This document shows, piece after piece, positions 9,346 to 17,949 of a stretch of 64,000 nt of DNA. Within the stretch, counting starts at the first letter, position 1. Each line of letters opens with the position of its first letter. A program made the position numbers and the translations under genes. The notes beneath the pieces are model-generated. The model saw nothing but the letters and a program-made list of their open reading frames with translations, was not told the DNA's origin and searched no databases. The stretch is from positions 1,749 to 65,748 of the forward strand of contig CALGLP010000006.1 of the NCBI GenBank assembly GCA_937930175.1, written 5' to 3'. This DNA is from an uncultured bacterium (GTDB lineage: Bacteria; Omnitrophota; Gorgyraeia; Zapsychrales; Aceulaceae).

Positions 9346-10279
9346 TATGAAAGATATTGCATTAATTTTTCCCGGTCAAGGCGCCCAAAAGGTGGGCATG
9401 GGAAAAGAATTTTATGATTCTTGTTCCAAGGCCAAGGCTGTCTTTGATGCGGCCCAGGCGATTTTAGGCAATGATTTCTTGAATGTTGTTTTTAATGGCC
9501 CGCAGGAAAAACTCACGCTCACATCCTATTCTCAGCCCGCCATTGTTGCGTTTTCCATCGCGGCTTTAGAAGCCTTTAAAAAAAGTGAAAAATTTAAAGA
9601 TGTGAACGTTAAGTTTGCGGCTGGCTTGAGCCTTGGCGAATACTCAGCGCTGATTGCCTGCGGCGGGTTGCCTGTGGAAGAAGGCATTCGCTTAGTTCAG
9701 AAGCGCGGCAGCTTTATGGAAGAGGCTTGTAAGCTTAACAATGGCAAGATGGCCGCCATTATTGGTTTTGGTAAAGAGCGGCTTAAAGAAATTTGTGCTC
9801 AAACGGGCGCGCAAGTCGCTAATTTTAATTCTTCCGAGCAGATTGTGATTAGTGGCCATGCGGATAAGGTCGAAGCCGCGGTTGCCCTGATCGAAAAAGA
9901 AGGTGCCAAGAACATTGTGATGCTTGAGGTGGCGGGTGCCTTTCATTCCAGCTTGATGAGCTCTGCTGCGGACAAATTTAAAGCGACGCTTGATTCTTTT
10001 ACCATCCATCCTCTAAGCATTCCTTTGGTTTCCAATGTCAGCGCTAGCGCTGTCTTGGATCCTCAGGTCATCCGAGAAAATCTGCCCAAGCAAATCGTTT
10101 CTTCAGTCCTCTGGGAAGATTCGATTCGTTTTATGGCGCTCCAGGGCGTAAAAACCTTTATCGAGATTGGGCCAGGACGCGTGCTCAAAGGCCTTATGCG
10201 AAAGATTGATCCAGGCCTCAAGGTTTTTAACATTGAGAAGCCGGAAGACATTGTCGCGCTGGCAGTCGATAGTATCTAG
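9335..10279 (+). CDS. fabD: Malonyl-CoA:ACP transacylase
   Basis: GQGAQ motif and GLSLGEYSAL active-site Ser motif. 314 aa. Confidence 0.9.
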   Translation: MLSAMKDIALIFPGQGAQKVGMGKEFYDSCSKAKAVFDAAQAILGNDFLNVVFNGPQEKLTLTSYSQPAIVAFSIAALEAFKKSEKFKDVNVKFAAGLSLGEYSALIACGGLPVEEGIRLVQKRGSFMEEACKLNNGKMAAIIGFGKERLKEICAQTGAQVANFNSSEQIVISGHADKVEAAVALIEKEGAKNIVMLEVAGAFHSSLMSSAADKFKATLDSFTIHPLSIPLVSNVSASAVLDPQVIRENLPKQIVSSVLWEDSIRFMALQGVKTFIEIGPGRVLKGLMRKIDPGLKVFNIEKPEDIVALAVDSI

Positions 10280-10282
10280 TCG

Positions 10283-10360
10283 TTAGTATTTAGTGAACAA
10301 CAAAAGCGTTTTAGTTGCTAAATACTAGATACTATTCACTAAATACTAGATACTAAGGAA
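10283..10360. repeat. Intergenic palindromic element (agtatttagtgaa / ttcactaaatact inverted arms)
   Basis: Arms separated by about 40 nt, plus ctagatactagatac motifs shared with the cassette-2 flanks. Confidence 0.4.
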
Positions 10361-10535
10361 AAATCCTCTCTTTTTACAATTCACCTTTTTTGCAATTTTC
10401 CCACATTTTAAGTGAATCTTTCCCTATATTGTTGTATTATTATATATAAATATATATAATTCCGAAGGCAGTTTCTTACGTTCAGGTCTGAGGAATTATC
10501 CTTTAACCCAAAGGGTTAAGGACAATATTATATTT

Positions 10536-10979
10536 ATGATGAACAGCCGACCCCTAAGCCTTAAAGAAATTGAGTCCATCCTGCCACAGCGTTATCCTTT
10601 TTTATTGATCGACAAAGTCTTAGATTACAAAGAAAATGATTATCTTGTCGCTGTCAAGAATATCACCGGCAATGAGTGGGCGCTAGGAGAAAAACAGGAT
10701 CAGCTGTCTGTTTTTCCAGAGATGTTGCTTGTGGAGGCAGCTTTGCAGGCTTCAATTCTTTTGTACCATATAAGTAAAAATCTTCCTGATGAAAATCCTT
10801 CGTATTTTATTGGTAAGATTGAATCTAGGTTTAGTGATTTACCCAGAGTTGGCGATTCACCAAAGATTTCGGTTTTTGCAGAAAAGCTTATGCGAAGCGG
10901 TGGTTATGCCAGCATTAAAGTAGAGAATCAGAAGGAAAAGTTAGTTAATATGGATATTTTTTTTAGCGTGAAAAGATGA
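10536..10979 (+). CDS. FabZ-like hotdog-fold protein lacking the catalytic His
   Basis: RYPFLLIDKVL...VKNITGNE...VFPEMLLVEAALQA aligns to the FabZ core. The GHFP histidine is replaced (GEKQD...SVFPE). The Glu is conserved. Confidence 0.6.
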   Translation: MMNSRPLSLKEIESILPQRYPFLLIDKVLDYKENDYLVAVKNITGNEWALGEKQDQLSVFPEMLLVEAALQASILLYHISKNLPDENPSYFIGKIESRFSDLPRVGDSPKISVFAEKLMRSGGYASIKVENQKEKLVNMDIFFSVKR

Positions 10980-12199
10980 TAAAGGAAGAAAATAAACAAA
11001 GAGTTGTTATCACAGGTCTAGGTGTTGTGTCGTCTATTGGCATAGGCTGGCAAGAATTCTGGAAAAACCTTTTGGCTGGAAAATCAGGCATTAGCAAGAT
11101 AGAGTCATTTGATACATCGCCATATGATCGTCATTTTGCCGGCGAAGTGAAGACTTTTGACCCTGTCCAGTTTATTTCAAAGCGTCGCGCTCTCCAAATG
11201 GGCCGCGCTTCGCAGATGGCTATTGCGGCTGGGCAATTAGCTCTCAAAGATGCTCAATTTGACAAGAAATATTTTCCGAGAGACGCAATAGGGGTCTGCG
11301 TTGGAACAACCATGGGTGAGCCCCAGATCCTTGAGGAGGCCATTTCCCGATCGATCCCTAAGGGCAAGTTTAAGGCAGATGGGATCTCGGCACTAACTTT
11401 TCCATCTAATTCGATTGTTTGCAATGTCTCTCATGAGCTTAAAGCTCGTGGGCCAAGTCTGCTTTTTGGGAATGCTTGTTCTGCGGGAAACTATGCCTTA
11501 GGATATTCTTTTGACCTTTTAAGAAGTGGTAAGGCAGATGTGATGATCGCGGGCGGTGTGGATGCTTTCTCAAAGATTGCCTTTACTGGCTTTAATAGGC
11601 TCTTGGCCATGGCGCCAGAAAAATGCCAGCCCTTTGATAAAAATCGCAAAGGTATGATGCTTGGGGAAGGCTCAGGCATGATGGTTCTTGAAACCCTTGA
11701 ATCAGCTATAAAGCGAAAGGCCTTTGTTTATGCCGAAGTCCTTGGCTATGGCCTTTCTTGTGATGCGGCAGACATGACAGCTTCGCATTGGGATGTAATC
11801 AAAAAGGCAACACAGAAGGCGCTAAGAAATTCTGACGTCAGGGCTGATCAAGTTGATTATATTTCTGCGCATGGAACAGGGACGATAGAAAACGATCGCG
11901 TCGAATGTCGAGCCATTGAAGCTGTTTTTGGTAAACGTTCGAAAGAAATTCCTATCTCATCCATCAAGTCAATGCTTGGCCATACGCTGGGGGCTGCTGC
12001 AGCGATCGAGGCTATTGCGTGCTGCCTAGCTATCAAGGAGCAGAAACTGCCTCCAACTGTTAATTTTGAAACAAGGGATCCAGAGTGTGACATTGATTGT
12101 GTGCCGAATAAGGCGCGGAAACACAAAGTGAAAGTAGCTTTAAATAACTCCCAGGCTTTTGGTGGGAATAATGCAAGTGTGGTTTTTCGAAGAGCATAA
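10976..12199 (+). CDS. Beta-ketoacyl-ACP synthase (KAS I/II-like)
   Basis: Cys-His-His triad contexts: GNACSAGNYALG, SAHGTGT, GHTLGAAAA. 407 aa. Start overlaps the upstream gene's stop (ATGA). Confidence 0.8.
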   Translation: MIKEENKQRVVITGLGVVSSIGIGWQEFWKNLLAGKSGISKIESFDTSPYDRHFAGEVKTFDPVQFISKRRALQMGRASQMAIAAGQLALKDAQFDKKYFPRDAIGVCVGTTMGEPQILEEAISRSIPKGKFKADGISALTFPSNSIVCNVSHELKARGPSLLFGNACSAGNYALGYSFDLLRSGKADVMIAGGVDAFSKIAFTGFNRLLAMAPEKCQPFDKNRKGMMLGEGSGMMVLETLESAIKRKAFVYAEVLGYGLSCDAADMTASHWDVIKKATQKALRNSDVRADQVDYISAHGTGTIENDRVECRAIEAVFGKRSKEIPISSIKSMLGHTLGAAAAIEAIACCLAIKEQKLPPTVNFETRDPECDIDCVPNKARKHKVKVALNNSQAFGGNNASVVFRRA

Positions 12200-12279
12200 A
12201 ATACAAATCAGTATGTTTTATAAGTTTCACAAGACAACCTTTAAGCTGTAAATATTTATTTTGGAAAGGCTTTAGAGAG

Positions 12280-13431
12280 TTGATTATAAAAAGAAAAGAT
12301 TACATATTTAATGACGAATTCTACAAAACAACTTGTTTCTTAGGAAGAGACTATTTGTGCCAACTAATCCTAGAAGTATTTATTGCTCTTGATATTTTTA
12401 GCTCTTTAAAGGAAGGTTTCTTTTCTTTTGTTGATTTAGCAAGAATAAACAAATTGCCTGAAAATCGTTATTATCATTTAAATTGGATGGTTGAATTTCT
12501 TTTTCATAATAATTATTTAGATTTTCAATTTGTATCTGGTCTTAGGAAATATCAATTGAAAAGAAACATTCAGGCATCAGGATCTTTATATTATCGTAAT
12601 TTAATTGTCCGAACAAGTAGTCAGATGATACCGTCTTGTGATTTGATGGAACATGTTGCAAAGAATTATCCAGATTTTTTGCAGGGGAAATTGAATGGCT
12701 TTGAAATTCTTTTTATAAAAGATAAGATGAAGTTATGGAAGCAATATTTCAGCAACGAGCACTTAGGATATTCAGTTTATAATTCTTTTGGCGCAGAAGC
12801 CTTTATTGTTTGGATGCCGAAAGGTAATTTTAGAGTTCTTGAAGTTGGAGGAGGGACTGGTAATGCGTGTTTATCAATTCTTCAGCTTTTGAAGAAGAAT
12901 TTATCTTTTGATTTGCTTGATAAGTACATTTTTAGCGATATTTCTCCTCTTTTTATGCGGATGGGAAAGGATCTAATTGAGAATAATCTGGGATCTCTTG
13001 AAAACTTTGCCACTAAGAAGATTGATTTTAATGTGCCTTTCGATGTCCAGGGAATAGAAAATGATTCATGTGACGTTGTCTATGGCGTGAATTCATTGCA
13101 TGTAGCAGAAAACATAACGAAAGTATTAGGCAACATAATAAGAGCATTGAAGCCTGGCGGTAAGATAATAATTTCTGAGAGCGTGCGACAGACTAGACAA
13201 CATTTATTAATTCAGGAATTTATATTTAATTTGCTTGATGAATACACTGGAATTCGTAATACTCAAAATGATAGCTTTGCAAAAGGATTCCTTGCTTATA
13301 CTGATTGGCTTGATATCTTCAAAGTAGTAGGTTTGCGCAATATAAGATACGCATTGAACGTCGAAAATAGCCTTGCGAAGCCAACGTATCCAATTTTAGC
13401 TGCTGTTTTTAAAGGAGAAAAGAATGGCTAA
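12280..13431 (+). CDS. Class I SAM-dependent O-methyltransferase (Methyltransf_2/COMT-like, with N-terminal dimerisation domain)
   Basis: VLEVGGGTGNACLSIL SAM motif. About 150 aa N-terminal helical domain. Non-ATG (TTG) start inferred. Very AT-rich coding sequence. Confidence 0.55.
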   Translation: MIIKRKDYIFNDEFYKTTCFLGRDYLCQLILEVFIALDIFSSLKEGFFSFVDLARINKLPENRYYHLNWMVEFLFHNNYLDFQFVSGLRKYQLKRNIQASGSLYYRNLIVRTSSQMIPSCDLMEHVAKNYPDFLQGKLNGFEILFIKDKMKLWKQYFSNEHLGYSVYNSFGAEAFIVWMPKGNFRVLEVGGGTGNACLSILQLLKKNLSFDLLDKYIFSDISPLFMRMGKDLIENNLGSLENFATKKIDFNVPFDVQGIENDSCDVVYGVNSLHVAENITKVLGNIIRALKPGGKIIISESVRQTRQHLLIQEFIFNLLDEYTGIRNTQNDSFAKGFLAYTDWLDIFKVVGLRNIRYALNVENSLAKPTYPILAAVFKGEKNG

Positions 13432-14728
13432 AGATTTTAACAAGCGTCGTATAGTTATTTCCGGGATTGGGTCGTTGAGTTCGTTAGGAATTGGTAGCGA
13501 GTCTATATGGAAGAATTTTGTTAACGGAAAGTGTAATGTAGAAAATCTTTCGGCTTCTGGATTTGATGGAATTTTAGATAAATTTAAAGTGTATAAGATT
13601 AAGAAATTTAGTAGAAATATATTTAACTTTGATAAAAAAGTATATAGCGAGATATTGTATTGGAAGAATCAACATAAATCTTTTGATTTACTCTATTTTT
13701 TTTCATCTATTCAGATTGCGATTGAAGATAGTAGAATTAAGGAAAAAGACTTGAAGAGAGCAGGATTAGTCTTAACTCACGAAAACCCTGGAGTTGAGCA
13801 ATTTTGTTCTGATGTGATAAATGAGACATATAGGATGAATTCCCTCCAATGCTTTAAATCAAAAAGTGAATATTTTCAAAAACTTTACCATAAATTTACA
13901 AAAAATGTTAATGATTTGCAGACTTTTATATATCTTTATTTTGTTGGTAAGATGTTTAAGATTCAGGGATATTCTTTGTTTGTGAATAATTCATGTGCTT
14001 CTGGCTTGTTTGCACTTGAAGCTGCTGCTGAAAGTATTCGAAGCGGAAAATCTGAAGTAGTTGTTGTTGCTTCTTCTGAGCATCCTTCAATTTATAAACA
14101 TTTATGGTTTAAGCAGCTAGGACTATTATCTAGAAGGGGAGAAATAAGGCCTTTTGCTGAAGGGAGGGATGGTTTTCTTTGTGGAGAAGGTGGAACTGCA
14201 ATAATTTTAGAAAGCTTGAATCACGCACGTAATCGTGGTGCAAAAATATATGCTGAATATCTTGGGGGAAGCTTTTTGCTTGATAGTTGGAAAATAACTC
14301 TTCCGAATGTATCCGAAAGAAATTATTCTAGGACTCTTCAAGCAGCATTGAGGAACTGTAATCTTGAAGCAGGTCAAGTTGATTTTGTGTGTGCGCATGG
14401 GTTAGGGTCACAACTTTTAGATTTATACGAGGCCAGATCATTTCAAGAAGTTTTTAAAGGAAGAGGAAATATGCCGCATATCACAGCTTTTAAGCAATAT
14501 GTTGGCCATACTTTGGGTAATTGTGCGCTTCTAGAAGTAGTTTTAATGGTTCTATGCTTAAAAAATGATTTTATCGTTCCTGTGATGGGAGGTAGTAGCA
14601 TTGATTCAAATATAAAAATACAATTAGTAAAAGAGGCTTTAGAAAGAAGAATTAAGATAGGGTTGAAATCTGTTTGGGGTTTCGGTGGTTATAACGCAGC
14701 AGCGATATTTAAGAAATTCCATGGATAG
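13424..14728 (+). CDS. Divergent beta-ketoacyl synthase-like protein
   Basis: Retains Cys (NNSCASGLFALEAA) and both His (CAHGLGS, VGHTLGNCA). N-terminal region diverges from FabF/B. AT-rich. AAGGAG RBS. Confidence 0.6.
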   Translation: MAKDFNKRRIVISGIGSLSSLGIGSESIWKNFVNGKCNVENLSASGFDGILDKFKVYKIKKFSRNIFNFDKKVYSEILYWKNQHKSFDLLYFFSSIQIAIEDSRIKEKDLKRAGLVLTHENPGVEQFCSDVINETYRMNSLQCFKSKSEYFQKLYHKFTKNVNDLQTFIYLYFVGKMFKIQGYSLFVNNSCASGLFALEAAAESIRSGKSEVVVVASSEHPSIYKHLWFKQLGLLSRRGEIRPFAEGRDGFLCGEGGTAIILESLNHARNRGAKIYAEYLGGSFLLDSWKITLPNVSERNYSRTLQAALRNCNLEAGQVDFVCAHGLGSQLLDLYEARSFQEVFKGRGNMPHITAFKQYVGHTLGNCALLEVVLMVLCLKNDFIVPVMGGSSIDSNIKIQLVKEALERRIKIGLKSVWGFGGYNAAAIFKKFHG

Positions 14729-14731
14729 TTA

Positions 14732-16906
14732 ATGAGAATAAACTTATTTTCAATATTAGCATTTATAAGCTTTCTAATTAGCGCAACGGTTTTTTTCATT
14801 GTTTTGCAGAACCGGAAATCTAACCTGCATAATCAATGGCTACGGTTTATCTTTGCCGCAGCATTTTGGGAATTCAGTGCGTTTCAAATCGGAATATCAC
14901 AAACAGGAGATAGAGCTTTATTTTGGTGGAAAATAGCTCATGTTGGCATTATTTTCCTTGCGATATTTTTGTTCCACGTTGTTTATGAGTTTTGTGGACT
15001 AAAGAAGAAAAGAATTTTATTCTTTATTTATGCGCAAGGGTTTTTCTTTTTATTTTTTAATTTTTTTACAAATTTTTTCTTATCTGGAACGAGATACGTT
15101 TTTTCATCTTTTTATTATGGAACACTAGGTCCCTTCTATCATCCTTTTATGATTATTTGGCTCCTTATTGTTTTTTATAGTCATATTGAGCTATTTATGT
15201 CTTATGAAAAGTTTCAAGGGGTAAGAAGAACACAGCTAAAATATTTTATCGCTTCAAATTTGGTAGGATTTTCAGGAGGATTGACCAATTTCCTTCCAGC
15301 CTATGGCATAGATATTTTTCCTTTTTATGGGTGCTTTAGCACTGCCTTGTACTGCGCCATATTCACATATGCTATTTTAAAGCATAGGATCATGGATATC
15401 CGCTTAGCCATAACTAGAACTGGCATCTTTATTCTTGTTTATTCTTTTGTTCTTGGCATTCCCTTTGCCATGGCTTTTGGTTTACAAAAGTATTTAACAG
15501 CTTTTTTTGGTCCGACCTGGTGGATTGTCCCATTAATTACGTCAACACTTTTAGGCACTGCAGGTCCTTTTATTTATTTCTTTATCCAACGCAAGGCAGA
15601 AGACACCCTTTTGCGAGATCAAAAGCGATATCAAACAACCCTTAAGCAAGCCTCAGCCGGTATGACGCGCATTAAAGATTTGAAGAAGCTCTTGAATATG
15701 ATTGTTTATATCTTGGCGAGGACAGTCAATATTACGCATGCGTTTCTTTATTTATATGATGCAAAAAGCCGTGATTATGCCTTAGAGGCAACCCGTGGAG
15801 AAAGGGCTTCCAAGGAAAGTTATTATTTAAACAAAAAATCTTCGTTGATAAGCTATTTAGAGAGAGTCAGGGCGCCGATTGTTTTTGAAGAGATCAGGCA
15901 GCAGAGTCAAGATTATGATAGTGATGAGCTCAAAGATGTTCAAAATGAGTTGATTATGTTAGGTGCCGCAGTTGCGGTCCCTATTTTTACAGAAAAAAGG
16001 CTTTTGGCTATAGGGATTTTGGGTAAGAAAAAGTCAGGAGCAATGTATACTCAAGATGATTTAATTGTTTTTTCTATTCTTGCCAACCAAGTCGCTTTAG
16101 CCATTGAAAATGCCCAGTTTTATGAAGAGTCGAAACAGACCCAGGAGCAGCTTTTTCAGGCAGAGAAAATGGCCACCATCGGTACCATGGCTGATGGGCT
16201 TTCGCATCAGATCAACAATCGCTTGCATACGCTTGGGTTTATTGCTGGAGACGCGCTTGACACGATCAAATTAAGTAAAGAGGTGCAGAATCCTGATAAA
16301 TTTCAGGAAATTTTAGCGGAGATCTCCAAGGCGCTTGTCAAGATTCAGGATAACGTGCGTCAGGGCGGGGAGATTGTCCAAGGTCTTTTGCGCTATACCC
16401 GTAAAGGCGAGGAAGGCTTTGGAGATGTGGTCCTTGACAAATTGGTGGATGAAGTGATCGAGATGGCACAGTTTAAGATCAAAAAAGAATATGTGTCGAT
16501 CGTTAAAGATTATGCCCAGGATCAGCCCTTGATCCGCGGAAATTTTACACAGCTGCAAGAAGTCCTTTTTAACATCATTGATAATGCCTATGACGCGATC
16601 ATGCAAAAGAAGTCTGAGATGGGTGACGACCATTTTATGGGCAAGATCAAGATCTCGACGCGTCAGACAGAAAAGTTTTTAGAGGTTAGCCTTTTAGACA
16701 ATGGCATGGGGGTTAAGGATGAGGACCAGATCAAGCTCTTTACGCCATTTTTTACAACAAAGTTTTTCAACAAAAAGGGCACAGGCCTTGGGCTTTATGT
16801 GATCAAGAAAATAGTTGAGGATAATCATCAAGGCGAGGTCTTTATCTCCTCAGAGTACAAAGTTGGCACACTGTTTGTGATACGCTTGCCGATGGGAAAG
16901 CAGTGA
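14732..16906 (+). CDS. Sensor histidine kinase with polytopic N-terminal membrane domain and GAF domain
   Basis: About 9 TM helices, then a GAF-like region. H-box (GLSHQINNRLHT) and HATPase_c N/G1/G2 boxes (NAYDAI, DNGMGV, GTGLGL). Confidence 0.8.
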   Translation: MRINLFSILAFISFLISATVFFIVLQNRKSNLHNQWLRFIFAAAFWEFSAFQIGISQTGDRALFWWKIAHVGIIFLAIFLFHVVYEFCGLKKKRILFFIYAQGFFFLFFNFFTNFFLSGTRYVFSSFYYGTLGPFYHPFMIIWLLIVFYSHIELFMSYEKFQGVRRTQLKYFIASNLVGFSGGLTNFLPAYGIDIFPFYGCFSTALYCAIFTYAILKHRIMDIRLAITRTGIFILVYSFVLGIPFAMAFGLQKYLTAFFGPTWWIVPLITSTLLGTAGPFIYFFIQRKAEDTLLRDQKRYQTTLKQASAGMTRIKDLKKLLNMIVYILARTVNITHAFLYLYDAKSRDYALEATRGERASKESYYLNKKSSLISYLERVRAPIVFEEIRQQSQDYDSDELKDVQNELIMLGAAVAVPIFTEKRLLAIGILGKKKSGAMYTQDDLIVFSILANQVALAIENAQFYEESKQTQEQLFQAEKMATIGTMADGLSHQINNRLHTLGFIAGDALDTIKLSKEVQNPDKFQEILAEISKALVKIQDNVRQGGEIVQGLLRYTRKGEEGFGDVVLDKLVDEVIEMAQFKIKKEYVSIVKDYAQDQPLIRGNFTQLQEVLFNIIDNAYDAIMQKKSEMGDDHFMGKIKISTRQTEKFLEVSLLDNGMGVKDEDQIKLFTPFFTTKFFNKKGTGLGLYVIKKIVEDNHQGEVFISSEYKVGTLFVIRLPMGKQ

Positions 16907-17415
16907 AGAGTGAATAGTGAAAAGTATCTAGCAGTGGTTGAATAAGGGTTAGAGGAATAGTTGATTAAAGGGGTAAAAAGCAAATTGTGAATGGCGATGA
17001 AGATTCAGCAAAAGACGTAAAAATTAGAAGCTTCAGGAATCTAAATATTTGGAATCTTGGTAAGGAAATTGTTGTTGAGACTTACAAAATTACTAGAAAT
17101 TTTCCCAAAGAAGAGGCTTTTGGCCTTACATCGCAGATGCGTAGGGCAGCTGTTTCCATTCCTTCGAATGTTGCAGAAGGGTTTAATCGTTATCATAATA
17201 AGGAGTACAAACAGTTTCTTTTTCTTGCTCTGGGTTCCTGCGCTGAGCTTGAAACGCAGGCTGAAATATCCCTTGAATTAGATTATATTGATATTGCTAC
17301 CAAAGAAAGATTGCTTGAGAAGATCGTATATGAGTCAAAGATGATTCGAAATCTTATTAAAAAGTTGTAAGTTCCTTTATTTTTACTAGATGCTCTTCAC
17401 TAGATACTAGATACA
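16907..17415 (+). mobile_element. IR-flanked four-helix-bundle gene cassette 2
   Basis: Upstream gtgaagagtgaatagtgaaaagtatctag and downstream ctagatgctcttcactagatactagatac are mutually inverted (gtgaagag/ctcttcac, tatctag/ctagata). Confidence 0.45.
16987..17370 (+). CDS. Four-helix-bundle protein (23S rRNA IVS protein family)
   Basis: RRAAVSIPSNVAEGFNR...GSCAELETQ. 127 aa. Confidence 0.8.
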   Translation: MNGDEDSAKDVKIRSFRNLNIWNLGKEIVVETYKITRNFPKEEAFGLTSQMRRAAVSIPSNVAEGFNRYHNKEYKQFLFLALGSCAELETQAEISLELDYIDIATKERLLEKIVYESKMIRNLIKKL

Positions 17416-17435
17416 ATTGTAAAGGAGATTAACTA

Positions 17436-17804
17436 ATGTCAAAATTACTAATTGTCGACGACGAAGCGGATATCCGCGAATTTGCAAAACATTTTTTTCA
17501 AAAGCGGGGCATTGATGTTGTGATCGCGTCCGGCGGCCAGGAAGCTCTAGATCTGATCGCCTTAAGCAATCCGGATTTGACACTGCTGGATGTGCGTATG
17601 GGGGACATGACCGGGGTTGATGTTTTAAAGAAGTTACGTGATGCCGGCAACCAATCAAAGGTAATCATGGTCACAGGGGTTGAAGATCCCGTTATTGTTA
17701 AGCAGATCCAAGAGCTGGGTGTTTGCGGCTATGTTCACAAGCCCTTGGCTTTAGATGAGCTCGAACACGTTGTGATGAAGGAGTTGAAAGAATTAAAAGG
17801 TTAG
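17436..17804 (+). CDS. Single-domain response regulator (receiver only)
   Basis: LLIVDDE, LLDVRMGDMTG (phosphoacceptor Asp), MVTG and KP motifs. 122 aa. Confidence 0.85.
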   Translation: MSKLLIVDDEADIREFAKHFFQKRGIDVVIASGGQEALDLIALSNPDLTLLDVRMGDMTGVDVLKKLRDAGNQSKVIMVTGVEDPVIVKQIQELGVCGYVHKPLALDELEHVVMKELKELKG

Positions 17805-17809
17805 GTGAA

Positions 17810-17940
17810 GGGTATCTTGTATTTAGTATCTAGCCAGCAAGGCAGAGAAAAGCGATTATTAAGAATTTGATATTATTCGGCAGATACTCGATGTGTTTTG
17901 TCTTTTACTAAATACTATTCACTAGATACTAGATACGTTT
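17810..17940. repeat. Intergenic palindromic element (gtatttagtatctag ... ctagatactagatac)
   Basis: Inverted arms flank about 100 nt between the receiver and HD-GYP genes. Same motif family as the cassette-2 repeats. Confidence 0.4.
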
Positions 17941-17949
17941 ATTTTTCTT

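Noticed and set aside
14732-15540. AT-rich 5' third of the sensor kinase gene as evidence of a chimeric or horizontally acquired segment
   Set aside because: This segment encodes about 9 TM helices rich in Phe/Ile/Leu/Tyr, whose codons are AT-rich. The second kinase shows the same trend, so amino-acid composition explains it. Only the soluble methyltransferase and KS genes (12280-14728) are retained as a genuine compositional anomaly.
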